Positions 12,561-25,140 of a DNA stretch of 64,000 nt are shown here, piece by piece. The translations under genes and the position numbers were made by a program. Within the stretch, counting starts at the first letter, position 1. The number at the start of each line of letters is the position of its first letter. Below the pieces are notes generated by a model. The model worked only from the letters and a program-made list of their open reading frames with translations. It did no database searches and was not told the origin of the DNA. Origin of the DNA: Lama glama (taxonomy: Eukaryota); the NCBI GenBank assembly GCA_028534125.1, contig CM052817.1, positions 51,648,001 to 51,712,000 on the forward strand, written 5' to 3'.

Positions 12561-13025
12561 TGTGGAGAAATAAGTTTGGAAGCAATAAGTCACTCACAGC
12601 AAAATGACATTTGGTTGAATAGTTCATACAGGCTTGGGCAGACAAAGGTAGAAGCACCAGCCCTACATATTTCTACTCTGCTTCTACTCATACACAAGGC
12701 CACCCCCCTGATTCCTCTGAGCTTCCTTTCCAAACTACCGCCCCACCAAACACACCCACAGAGATGGGCCACCAGAAATGGCTCCTGAGACCAGACTTTA
12801 CCTCTTCCTCTTCCTCTCCCTCTCTCTTTCCCTCTAGACATGAAAATCCTCCCCAAGGTGATACCCATCCCTCCCCCAAAGACATCCCCTGTTTTGCACA
12901 TGTGTGAGTGAGTAATAAGCCTTTGAATTGTAATTACTAGATTTGGTGTGATGTGTTTTGACATCCAATAGCTTTAAAAGGGAGGGATCTGCAGACGTAG
13001 CATTGGTCAGAGTTGGACCTTAACA
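12561..13025 (+). mobile_element. Probable solo LTR
   Basis: tgtggaga...ccttaaca termini; near-TSD taaat/ttaat; C-rich interior; degenerate polyA signal taataagcc near 12913. Confidence 0.6.
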
Positions 13026-14456
13026 TTAATGAATCTCAAAAAAATAATATTGGACATATATATATATTGAATTACCACAGAAGAGTCCATTTAATTGAAG
13101 TACATTTTTATATTATAAATTAATGGAAAATAAATTTGTATGTCTTTTGACAAGAATAGAGAATTCTACCCTGTGTTTGTTTTTAGATTTAGGAAAATTT
13201 TAATAAATTGTATAAAAACAGTAAATTCATATATTTTCATAATATTATTTTTCCTGCATAATTATTACTAATATTCTGTAGACATAGTACTAAAGTTCAA
13301 TATTTATCCAGATATCAGGCTCTCCTCTGGAAACTCCTCTTTTATCACAAGGATCCCCTCTTAGTGTATTACTCATATTTATTAAACAGACTTTTTAATG
13401 AATTAATGAGAGCCAGAGAATATCTTTGTTTGATAACATTTTGCAAAATTTTAGTAATATTTGTATTGATTATGTACAAACACTTCATGATGTTAATGGT
13501 AACGTTTCAGAAATCAGAAATAATTATTTTCGGATAATTATTTAAAGAATTACTAAGAAACAAAGAACTCTTTGGTTTTAAATATCTGTGTAAATAAATA
13601 TTACAGTAACACTCACAAAGACTTCATGAGAGAACATTTCATGGTATTAGTGATATTTCCAAAAAGAAATATTCTTTTTGATATCTAGGAAATAAGCAAC
13701 TAGCACAACCTATTAGCATTGCAAAAAGATAAAAGTATAATTAATACTATGGCTATACACATGACAAACTCTCATAATGTAAGCATATTTTCTTTTTATA
13801 AACATCAAGGGCATTTATTTTATCTGAATCAGTTAAATAAAGTTAATCCTAAACATTTGGCTGTCCCTTTGGTAAATGCAAACATAAAAGAAAATAGACT
13901 GAGTATAGCCATATTGTATACAGGATAAACGACGCTACTGAAAGTACTAAAATAAATCAGGATCGTTTTTGAAAAAGATCATGAATCACCAGTTCAAACT
14001 GCTAAGAAGACAAGTTAAAACACCCTGTTACCTGACTTTATGGTTACTTAATCATTGATTCGTATACATTTTCTTCCTATCTAAAATGCTTTTATGTCAC
14101 TTAATGTCAGCATCTTGTAATTCTGCCTAGATTTAGGAAGGAATTTTCAACCAGCCCTTGCAAGATAAGAACTCTCCGACTATCAAGAACTTTAAACAGC
14201 GATTATGTCCTTTAGGAAAAAAAAAACTTTTCTATGTTGAACAAAGATTGTGTACCATTTATCTTAGAAATTAGGCACAAATACAACATTCATTGACTAA
14301 CCTAAATTCTTGTACAAGAAATCTAAGCAATAAAACAATGCTAAATATCTAGATCTCCCTTAAAAATGTAAAGCAGTTTTTACATAGCCGAATGTATTAA
14401 GGTATTGGAAGTGTCCCTGCCTCTTCTTAGGACACAGCTGGTGTAATAAGTACTGC

Positions 14457-14628
14457 CAGTGGTTAAGCATGCGGTCTCTGAACCCAGATTACCTGGGTTT
14501 GACCTACGCCAGCACTATTTGTCACCTCTCTCTGCCTTAGTATTCCTGTCTGTAAAGCAGATGGTGACAGGGTCTATCTCATCATGTCGTTGTGAGATTT
14601 ATAAAAATTAGTATATGTCAGGGTTTAG
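14457..14628 (+). mobile_element. MIR SINE
   Basis: agtggttaagcatgcggtctctgaacccagattacctgggtttg...ctctctgccttagtattcctgtctgtaaa...gttgtgagatt matches the MIR consensus. Confidence 0.75.
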
Positions 14629-14670
14629 TATATTTTGATGAGTTCAATATGCAGAGTTATACAAGCTGTA

Positions 14671-15007
14671 CAGTTGGCCCTCCATATCCGTGGGTTCCGC
14701 AGCCATGGATTCAATCAACTGCAGATGAAAAAATATTTGGAAAAAGATCCAGAAAGTTCCAAAGAGCAGAACTTGTGCTGACAAATATTTACTAGTGTTT
14801 GCATTGTATTAACAACCACTTACTTAGCATTACGTTGTATTAAGTATTACAAATACTCTAGAGATGATTTAAAGTTTACGGGATGATGTCCATAGGTTAC
14901 ATACAAATACTACACCATTTTATATAAGAGACTTGAGCATCCATGGATTTTGGTATCCATAGGGGGTTCCTTGGAATCAATCCTCTACGGATACCTGGGG
15001 ACAACTG
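14671..15007 (-). mobile_element. MER2-type non-autonomous TcMar-Tigger DNA transposon
   Basis: Terminal inverted repeats CAGTTGGCCCTCCATATCCGT...ACGGATACCTGGGGACAACTG, flanked by TA on both sides (14669-70, 15008-09). 337 bp; the interior matches the recalled MER2 consensus in reverse. Confidence 0.88.
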
Positions 15008-15342
15008 TATATGAACATTAGCTGTTATAGCCATATTTAGATAGAAGCCTTCTCAACTCTTCTCTTTTATTTCCCTTTTTCTCCTCAACTAGAATTTTGA
15101 GTTTCACTGTTTTCATAGTTACATGTTATTATATAAACTCTTGTAGTTATAACTTACCTTTAATTTTCTTCCTTTTTATTCTTTACTCGTTTTGCTGCTA
15201 TTCTTATTTTTGATTTATTTTTTCTTTTTGGTAAAACTGCTAGCCATCTTGTAGCTAACTCCAAAAATTAGTTTTCAGTTCCCATCCTGCTTGCTTGCTC
15301 GATATCTCTGTGGAATACATCTCTGCCATTGGCCTCCAGACC

Positions 15343-16264
15343 TTTTTTTTAAATTGAAGTATAGTCAGTTTACAATGTTATGTCAATGTTTGGTGTACAG
15401 CATAATGTTTCAGTCATACATATACATACATATATTCCTTTTCATATTCTTTTTCACTATAGGTTACTACAAGATATTGAATATAGTTCTTTAGACTATA
15501 CAGTAGAAACTTGTTGTTTATCTGTTTTTTATATAGTAGTTAGTATCTGCAAATCTTGAACTCTCAATTTATCCCTTCCCACCCCTTTTCCCCCCGGTAA
15601 CCATAAGTTTGTTTTCTGTGTCTGTGAGTCTGTTTTGTAAGTAAGTTCATTTGTGTCTTTTTTTTTTTTTTAGATTCCATATGTAAGTAATATCATACAG
15701 TATTTTTCTTTCTCTTTCTGGTGTACTTCAGTTAGAATTATAATCCCCAGGTCCATTCATGTTGCTGCAAATGGCATTATTCTGTTCTTTTTATGGCTGA
15801 GTAGTATTCTATTGTATAAATATACCGCAGCTTCTTTATCCAGTCATCTGTCAATGGACATTTAGGTTGCTTCCATGTCTTGGCTATTGTACATAGTGCT
15901 GCTATGAACATTGAGGTGCATATATCTTTTTGAATTAGAGTTCCCTCCAGATATATGTCCAGGAGTGGGATTGTTGAATCATATGGTAAGTCTATTTTTA
16001 GTTTTTAAAGGAGTCTCTATACTATTTTCCATAACAGGCTGCACCAAACTACTTTCCTACCAACAGTGTAAGAGGATTCCCTTTTCTCTTCAGCCTCTCC
16101 AGCATTTATTGCCTGTGGACTTTTAAATGATGGCCATTCTGACTGATGTGAGGTGATGCCTCGTTGTAGTTTTGATTTGCATTTCTCTGATGATTAGCAA
16201 TATTGAGCATTTTTTCATGTGCTATTTGTGTATCTTCATTGGAGAATTGCTTGTTTAGGTTAGA
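15343..16264 (-). mobile_element. 5'-truncated LINE-1 (3'UTR and ORF2 end) with TSD
   Basis: Same 3'-end family as the 2665 copy (ttttaaattgaagtatagtcagtttacaatg). TSD core cctccagac at 15333-15341 and 16265-16273. Minus-strand target reads TTT/AAAAAG, the canonical L1 endonuclease site. Confidence 0.92.
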
Positions 16265-19200
16265 CCTCCAGACTTTTTAAATGTTGCTCCCAGTCAGTGT
16301 TGCACAGGAGAATGTGGATGGCTGGCATGAAATGCATCTGATAGGATAGCAAAAGAGCATGATGGTAGAACCACAGGTGGGGGAAGGGCCGAGATCTTTG
16401 TGTGCAGATTAAGGGGCTTGTACTTTTCAGGTGGTGGCAGCACTTTGCCATTTGGAGGCTGGTGAAATTGTGCACTAAGATGGCAAGACCCTAATCCATG
16501 GTAGCATTGAAATAGATATAAGGAAAGATTTTTTTTTAATTATTAGAAATGAATCAGTGGACATTTGTGATTAATTTAATTTTTAACTAATTTAGTTTGT
16601 AATCAATGTAATATGTCCATATAGGGGGCATGATATCCTTGAGATTTTCAACAAGATAGGTGTTCACTTTCCTGACATCATTTGAGGGATATCACGAGGC
16701 AGTAGTTATCAGGTTTGACTTTAAGCAGTTACAGCATTATAGTTCTCTTGGAAAAAGAAAACAAGTTATTTAGGAAATGGCAAAAGAATCATTCAGTCAT
16801 TTTTGCTTTCCATTTTTCCTTTGAAAATCCATGATTTTATGATTTCTTAGCATCTCATATGCTCCCCCTGTGTTCTCCCCATCCCGGGCCTTCTATACAC
16901 TTTGGCAGAGACATTGTCCTACTATGTCACTTTCATGATGGTATTTCCTGTGTCTCCTTTATATATATAAATAAATAGACTGTGTGCATGAGTGTGTATG
17001 TGCGTGTGTGTGTCTTCTTGCCTGCAATACAATTGAATATCAGTGTGACTTACAAAGTCCTTAGTACTTTAGTCCTAGCATAACTATTTAAGTTTACTAC
17101 CCAAACACTTTAATCCAAAGAGAACAGTCTCTTTAGTGTCCCCATATGACGAAGTGCCTTTGCTCTTTTGCACATTTGAGCCTTTGGACATTTTCTTTGG
17201 TAAAATTTCCTTTTTTCTTAGTTTCTACCTATTCATAGCCTATCATTCAAGTCCCAGCTAAAATCTAATCTCCACCAGCCCATTATGATCTTTATTTCTG
17301 TGATTCCTATAGCTTTTCTCATTAATATTAAACACTGTCACATATACCATGCACTGCCAGCACCAACAGCACCAGCACCCACCATAGCAGTGTTAGCAAT
17401 AGCAATCACAAACGTTTTTGGAGTGATTCTTGTGTACAATTGCTTGCATTGAGATTGGGGGTGAGAAGTTATAGAAGACTGGTCACTGTCTTGAAGAGCT
17501 CAGAATCTATTTAAAAGCACTTAATTTATACTTAAGATAAAATATTAATAATAATCACAACAATGATACAAACTATCCTAATTATAAAATCAGTGATACA
17601 GCATTAATCTGATTTTCAACACTTATTCCAATTTCTTTTTCAGCTCTCACCCACCACACATATCCTTTATAACATCAAACATCACTATGAATGATAGAAC
17701 TTTTTCTTAACTCCTAGTCTTTATGCTTATATTCCTTCAGTCCAAATGGTCCCTGCTGTTTTTGGCCAATAGAAATTTTTTCCATTTCAAGATTTAGCCC
17801 ATGTATTTATTTAAATCCTCTCATAATGCTCCTCAACTCTACGTGGTTAGTCACTGTCTTCTTTCTGTTTCTGTAGCCTTCAGCTCCTGTTTTAGGAGAC
17901 AGATTTGGGAGGGCACTCCAAACAAGATGGAAATATGAATGTATGCAATATGTGTATATATATATTCACATTTACATTTACATTACTATTCATGTTTATC
18001 TATATAATTCCAGGCAGTAAATGGGCTTGATTAGACAGATTAATTTAATTGATTCGGGGAATTCACATAGGGAAAAATAAATTAAAAAGATGAATGTCAG
18101 ACTTTTGCAATAACCTGAGTTCAGTGGAACATTCTGAGGTATTGGGATGATTATTCTTCATGGCCTCTTGTTCATTAAATAAATAGGTTTAGAGATAAAT
18201 TGATAGCATTTTTAATGTCAGCTTCAAAAAAGAATGGACTTGCTTATATTGTTCATTATGGTTTTCCTGGCAATTAAACTAGTGCCTGCCTCATGGTAGT
18301 CTCTCTGCAAGTATTTAATTAAATGAAAGAATGATCCTACTAAGATTTTTTTTGAACAGATAAATACTGTTTTCAATTCTGAAACCAGAGAACTTCATTT
18401 CTGACACATTTTTAAAAGACTCCATGTAAAGCCTTCGAGATTTGATAAGACATCACAGAAGGGAAAAAGGAAATGGATACTTATATTTTAACTCTGTAAA
18501 TTCATGATTTTTTTTGATATTGAGATTTTATGATTTTATGATTGTACTGAACATGGCATCCACTCCCTGTGACTTTGTGAGTCAGGTGAGAGACCTACAA
18601 TCCCAATTTTACAAATGAGTGTACTGAGGCACTGGTTGGATTTCTGACTTTACTACATTTTGTAAGAATTTGAGCTGGATTCCAGATTCACTCTAGAATT
18701 CAAGATGAAATCAAATTTTATAATTGAAAATAACCAGTTTGAAATACTATGAATGATTTTGTAGTTAGTGGGATTGGTAATTTTGCTTCTATATCAGAAA
18801 TTTGGGCCAGTCCCTAATTACTATGGATTTCAAAAAATTGTATTCTTTCTTGGTTCTTCTAATAAAATATGATCAATTTTATTTTAGTCTTTAATAAAAG
18901 TGAAAGAACTTCCATTATTATTTATGGATTATCCAAAATTTGATGTATCTTTTGATTGAAAGAACAAATACCTAATCTTAATGTTTGATGATAGACATTC
19001 TTAAGGCTCACTTGGAAAGGTTTTCTCCTAACTTGTTAAGAAGGATGGCCCCTGAGTATAATAAGAAACAGGCTCTGATTGGAAGGAAGCCAGAGGTTCT
19101 TTTTGAGGACTTCTAAGCCCAGTGTGACAGCTCTGCTTGCCTCCTTTGCAACAGTATTGTGTGCTGAGATTGTGGGATAAGTTGAAAAAAATGCCTTTAA

Positions 19201-20979
19201 AATGCCTGGGTGAAGAGGGAAAGTGAAAGTAAAATTAATTATGGCAGTAGTAGTATTTAGTTTTTATTATTATAAAATATTGCATACTATGTTCTTGTTT
19301 ACATACCCATGAAATGCCCCTGTCACTATATTTAGGCACTCTGACAGAAATTAGCACATCATTCATAAATTCCTGGCAGTGAACACTGTAAAAAAGAGAT
19401 TCCTTTCCTCCCCTACCATGTTATTGTGATGGAAATATACAGATCAAAAGCCTGGTACCGTTTATTCATGAGCAGATAAAAAGAAAATAAATGAGTACTA
19501 AATTATGGGGAAAAACAACCTTTGGCATTATGTAATTGATATCAAAGTCATTAAACTTTCCAAGTCCCAGTAGGTGTGAGCTAGTTATGGATAGATAATT
19601 TCATGTCTAAATAGCCAGGTAATTATGGTTGTAGTAATTCTTGTGTTAGTATGATCTCATGCTGATTTTGCTGCTTAAAATATATACATTTCAAAATATG
19701 TACTGTGCATCTGAATCTAAGAATTTCTCATTGAGTTATGTCCATATTTAGAAGTGAAAAACAGTTGTCTCAAATTAGTCAACTTTTAATACACATGTAA
19801 TGCCAGATTGTCTTTGTTCCATCAGCCTCTTTGGATTGTTCCATCAGTACCTCCATTATCTTATCTGACGATGATTTAATCATGAGATATAATCATTGGA
19901 TCCTCTAAGTAAAGAGGAGTTTTAAAATATGAGGGAAAGGATCAAGATGTAACATGAAAGTGACCCCAAGGAGCTGTGTATCACTAATGATTAATTATAC
20001 TTTTTGGTGCTTGTTTGTAACACAACTTTAATAGACCTTGAAGTAGTTGGTCAGAAAACAGAAACATTTTTCCAAAGCAATTAAATGCTGTCTGAAGAAC
20101 ACAGATCATTTAGCTAAAGTTATTTATATAGAGGTTTAGAATTTCCATATTCTGCTTCATCAGAACAATTCTGTCTCAAAAGATGAAACTGCCCAAAATA
20201 ACCCACCTCCTATAAATAACAGTTGAGTTAAGCAATTCTCACCTAAAACACCTTATTTTACCTCACCAAACATAATTTGATCTTATATCTAGTTGTTTCA
20301 TCAGTAAATCTTGTTATCTTTGTCCATTGATAATTTAATAATGTCTACCATCAGGAAAGGGAAAGGTTTTAATTCAATTATAACTTTATAATGAATTTTT
20401 AGAATCACAAAATTGAAAAAGAATCATACTTAAAGTTTTACAGAATAGGTAGTTTTTATTAATGCAGGCATTTAATTGGACTGATGCTCAAACAATTGAC
20501 CATGTCAGGGCTTCTCTGCTTAACTCAGGATGGACTTTTTTCCTTATGGTACTTCATTTCTGTGCTTATAGAATATTTTTTAAGTGTCAGAGGTAATAAT
20601 AGAAATAGTCTTCTCTAGCACCCTCATTTTATACACAAAAAGGCTCCATGATTTGCCCCTAATGCTATAAAGATAGTGGCTGAGTTAGAACAGAAGCTCT
20701 TCTTATACCCAGATCTGAGGTTTCCAGCAACCACAAGAACTTTTCAGGGAACAAGTAGCACATCAGCCCACATCTAGATAAATTATTTGTTTATAAACAT
20801 TTAATTCATTGAGAATATTTTTAGAATACGTCAGTCTAATTAGACACTCTAGATCTCTCCTTATGGTGCTGTGAGTCAGCATCAAGTTCTGTAATATTTT
20901 GATTTCTTAGTTTCTTCTATGAAACTTTAAAAAATAATCTTTTGAAAATGAGAAGGCCACATAAGCGCTACTATGACTA

Positions 20980-21149
20980 TTTTTTAAATTGAAGTATAGT
21001 CAGTTTACAAAGTTGCATCAATTTCTGGCGTACAGCATAATGTTTTAGTCATACAAATACACACGTATATTTGCTTTCATATTCTTTTTCTTTATAGGTT
21101 ATTACAAGATATTGAATATAGTTCCCTGTGATATACAGAGGAAACTTGT
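20980..21149 (-). mobile_element. Very short (~170 bp) 5'-truncated LINE-1 3' end with TSD
   Basis: ttttttaaattgaagtatagtcagtttaca...gaaacttgtt, similar to 15343-15515. TSD core tactatga at 20969-20976 and 21150-21157. Confidence 0.88.
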
Positions 21150-21819
21150 TACTATGAGTGTTTATTATTCCTTTAAGGATACTTCTTCATCTCAATGCTG
21201 CAAATATTATCCCTAGCCAATATCAATATAGTCTCATCACTGCATCTGCTTCCATTCTGTGCCAAGAAACCTGTAAGAGTAGATACAAATTGTGTACTAA
21301 TCCCAAACACCTATTATACATATCTTAAATAGTCAGTGACAGTAAGTGTGTTTTAATGTGTGGTAGTAAAACATTCATGAATTTGACCCGGAGTGTACAC
21401 TTAGTTTATGATCAAATGTCAGTCACAATTTAGATATTGCAAGTGATTTCCTCTATCTTTTATGTGGTTATTATATATAATATTGGTTGTTAATGGTAAA
21501 TTCCTTTCCCTGCATATACCACAGTTTGCACACAAGGAGAGCAATGGAGAAAATATAGGAATCTATATTTTTTGTGTTATCTTATTTATATGCTTTATTT
21601 TAATCACTGTGTCTTAACAAAACATTATGTTTGGTTGGAGCATTTTCTGAAACAAGTTGGGAAAATCACATAGATTCTTCCTGGAGAGCATGTCCTGGAT
21701 TGAGTACTTTGTGGTCATATAAAAAGTAGTCAAGATTTTGGTTTCAGCTTTGCACTTAGTGAGAGGGACTGCAACATTATGTGGGGGTACAATTTTGTGA
21801 TTGTGAGATATATATATAT

Positions 21820-22228
21820 ATATCACAGTGTCTTTATCCTTGATTTATTGATGTGCACTTACATTGTTTCTATATCTTGGCTATTATAAATAATGCTGTA
21901 GTGAACATTGGAGTTCATATATCTTTTTTAATTAGTGTTTTCATTCTCTTCAGGTAAATACCCAGTAGAAGAATTGCTGGATCATGTGGTAGTTCTACTT
22001 TTAATTTTTTGAGGAAACTTCATACTGTTTTCTATACTGATTCTACCAGTTTACATCCCTATCCAGAGTGCATGAGGGTTCCCTTTTCTCCATATCCTCA
22101 CCAACACCTATTTCTTATCTTTTTGATAATAGCCATTCTAACAGATGTGAGGTGAAATCTCATTGTGGTTTTAATTTGCATTTTCCTGATTCATGATGTT
22201 GAACATTTTTTCATATGCCTGTTGGCCA
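21820..22228 (-). mobile_element. LINE-1 ORF2 C-terminal fragment (non-inverted arm of an inverted L1)
   Basis: Antisense L1 sequence similar to 3205-3612 (cttggctattataaataatgctg...tttttcatatgcctgttggcca). Confidence 0.88.
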
Positions 22229-22700
22229 CCAAAAAACCCTTCATAGCCAAAACAATCTTGAGAAAGAACAAAGCTGGTTTTATACTATACTACAAAGCTA
22301 CAGTAATCAAAACAGTATGGTACTGATATACAGGCAAACACATAATCAATGTAACAGAATAGAGACCCTACAAATAAACTCATCCTTATATGTTCAATTA
22401 ATCTGCAACAAAGGAGGCAAGAATGTGCAATGGATAAAAGGTAGTCTCTTCAATAAATGATGTTGGGAAGACTGGACAGCTACATGCAAAAGAATGAAAC
22501 TAAATCACTTTCTCACATAATATGGAAAAATAAACTCAAAATGGGTTAAAGTCTTAAATGTAAGAACTGAAACCATTAAACTCATAGAAGAAAACATAAT
22601 CAGTATACTCTTGGACATTGATCTCAGCAATATTTTCTTGGATCTATCTCTTCCACCAAGAGTAACAAAAGCAAAAATAAACAAATGGAAGTACGTTAAG
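22229..22700 (+). mobile_element. LINE-1 ORF2 fragment in opposite orientation (inverted arm)
   Basis: Sense ORF2 sequence: atagccaaaacaatcttgagaaagaacaaagctgg (IAKTILRKNKAG), KGGKNVQWIKGSLFNK (ORF 22215-22460), and aaagcaaaaataaacaaatgg (KAKINKW). Confidence 0.88.
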
Positions 22701-22959
22701 CTTTTTAAGCGTTTGAATTTTATTTTTGCAGATTGAGGGGCATATTTATATTATTAAAGACATTTTTAAAGTCCCCCGAATATAGAAAACAATGTTAAAA
22801 ATAAATAATACCATGGAGTTTTTTAGTGAACAAAGAAGAAACTATTTCAGTCACAAATTTTACCTAATATTTCTTTGTTTTGCTGTAGGTTAAATACTGA
22901 ATTAATTTTATATGATGCTTTGAAATCAGAAGGTAAAAATCATTATATACTGATATATG

Positions 22960-22981
22960 TATATATATATATATATATATA
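22960..22981. repeat. (TA)n microsatellite
   Basis: Directly visible. Confidence 0.9.
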
Positions 22982-23689
22982 CACATATTGCATCTTATTA
23001 AAATTAATTTTACTAAACACTTCATTATATGTAGAAGCAGCTGATGACATATCTTTAGACTCAACTACTTCTGGGTTTAAATTCTAACTCCATTACTTAT
23101 GAGCTATTTGTACTTGAAACATAGAGGCACTAAATATATTTACATATGTATTTATATATTATAAATATATTTCTCATATATAAGTTCATGAATTTATTTA
23201 GTATTTTTACCTACTTTCTCAAAAAATAAGATATGATCTGTTCCAGGCAGGTACAACAGCAGTTGTAGGAAGTAATAAATAATGGACTAATGGCAAATGA
23301 ATAAAAGAAAATGATGAAGAGTTTAATTGAAACAAGTACTCAACACAGCAAACTGGGGATAGTTAAGATCATTCTCCACTAGGGTATGCAAAATATGCAG
23401 ACTTTGCTTCCACTAATTAACTATAGCCATTCATTATAAAGAGGTACAAATAAACCTTGCTTCCTGTACTTTTGAATGGTTTTGTTGGATCACAAATTGC
23501 TCTGACATGTTTTACTTCTATATCTCTGATAATTTTCTACATTGATAAACATGATGTTATAATGGTCAATTAGGTAGAACCATGTCTTTGAAAAGTGCAT
23601 TAAAATTATATTTATCACAATATTTAGTAATTTTCACCTGCCCCAATTTCTCCTTGTATTCACAAGAATTGGTTATTCTTTTTTTTTTC

Positions 23690-23789
23690 NNNNNNNNNNN
23701 NNNNNNNNNNNNNNNNNNNNNNNNNNNNNNNNNNNNNNNNNNNNNNNNNNNNNNNNNNNNNNNNNNNNNNNNNNNNNNNNNNNNNNNNN
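23690..23789. other. Assembly gap (100 N)
   Basis: Run of N. Confidence 0.99.
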
Positions 23790-24934
23790 TGCTTTTCATG
23801 ATGATATTGCATCTTCACTTCTTGTCAGAAATAATCTTGTAGCAGTTTCCGATTTTGTTGGCTTCTTGATTGATTGGATCATTTTTGTTGGTTCTTTGTC
23901 TAGTTACAGAGAATACTAAAATAAAAGAGGCCACTCCCTATACTCAACAGTTACATAGGCTGGAGGCATGTAAATAGAGTCTGAGAGAAATGGTCTAATA
24001 TTCTATATCTGTGGTATCTAATATTTTCCCAAACAATATATTTTTAATAGTTTCAGTTTCATGATCACTTGCCAGGACATGTGGAATTGTTTTATGCCAC
24101 AGCTAAGTCACTAGTCTCTGACATAGTAGTTTTTCAATGATACTAGGAAAGGAGGAAATGAGGGAAGGGATGAAGAGGGCTTCTGATACCACTCTTCTGT
24201 TGCTCTGGGAGCCTCTTGAAAAGTTTTGAGATATGGAGAGAGGGTTTGAGTTTGAGGGAAAAGGATGTGAGGGGACAATTGAAGGGGAGATTTACGGGAG
24301 TCCTTCACATCTCTGCAGTGCAGATGCTGCACGTTCTATTGTCTAAAGCTCCTTGCAGGTTATTATTTATTAACTATAAAGTATCACAGTTTGTGAAATT
24401 TGTGTTTTTCAATCTACGTAAATAGAAGATATTCATGGCTATCTGTATATTTGCCTCAGATAATTTACATATGCTTATCTGAGTGGTAGAGAAGACCGAG
24501 TTGCATCTACCATGCACAGAATTGTTCAAAATCTGTAGTTCATCTTATCTATGGTGCAACACATGGAGAGCAGTCACTACTTGTACACTAAATGGATGTG
24601 AAAAGTGTGATTTATCTTTAGGCTTTATTTCCAGAAGACCATTTTGAGGTTTCATCAGTACAGGAGTGTATGTCGGGAGCTCTCATACTTTCGAATACTA
24701 TGTTTTAGGTGTGTTATGGTAGATTAAATGATTGTAAAACCATTGCTTTAAGTAATACAACTCAGAGTAGACACAATTATGCATCACAAAATGTATACAG
24801 TATATATGACAGCGAAGAGTTGCCTAATCTTTTATGTAAAGTAAAAATTAGGTAATCTGAGTAATCGTAAACATAATCTGATGTTCAAGTGTAACATCTC
24901 TCTTATTGAGGGATTCTTTTATTATTCTAGGGTG

Positions 24935-25140
24935 TAATGCTTAATAATACAAACTTTGAAGCAAGACTGGTTAGGTATACCAATCCCTGGTGGGTTGATT
25001 GGACGAGTTACTTAACTTTTCTGTGCTTCAGAAGAGGATAATTGTCGAGACTTTCTAGGGATGTTAGAAATATTTAATGAGTTAATGTGTATAAAGTACT
25101 TAGACTACAAAGTATCTAGCACATAGTGTTTACTATAAAT
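24935..25140 (+). mobile_element. MIR SINE
   Basis: gagttacttaacttttctgtgcttcag...taatgagttaatgtgtataaagtacttaga...tctagcacatagt. Confidence 0.7.
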
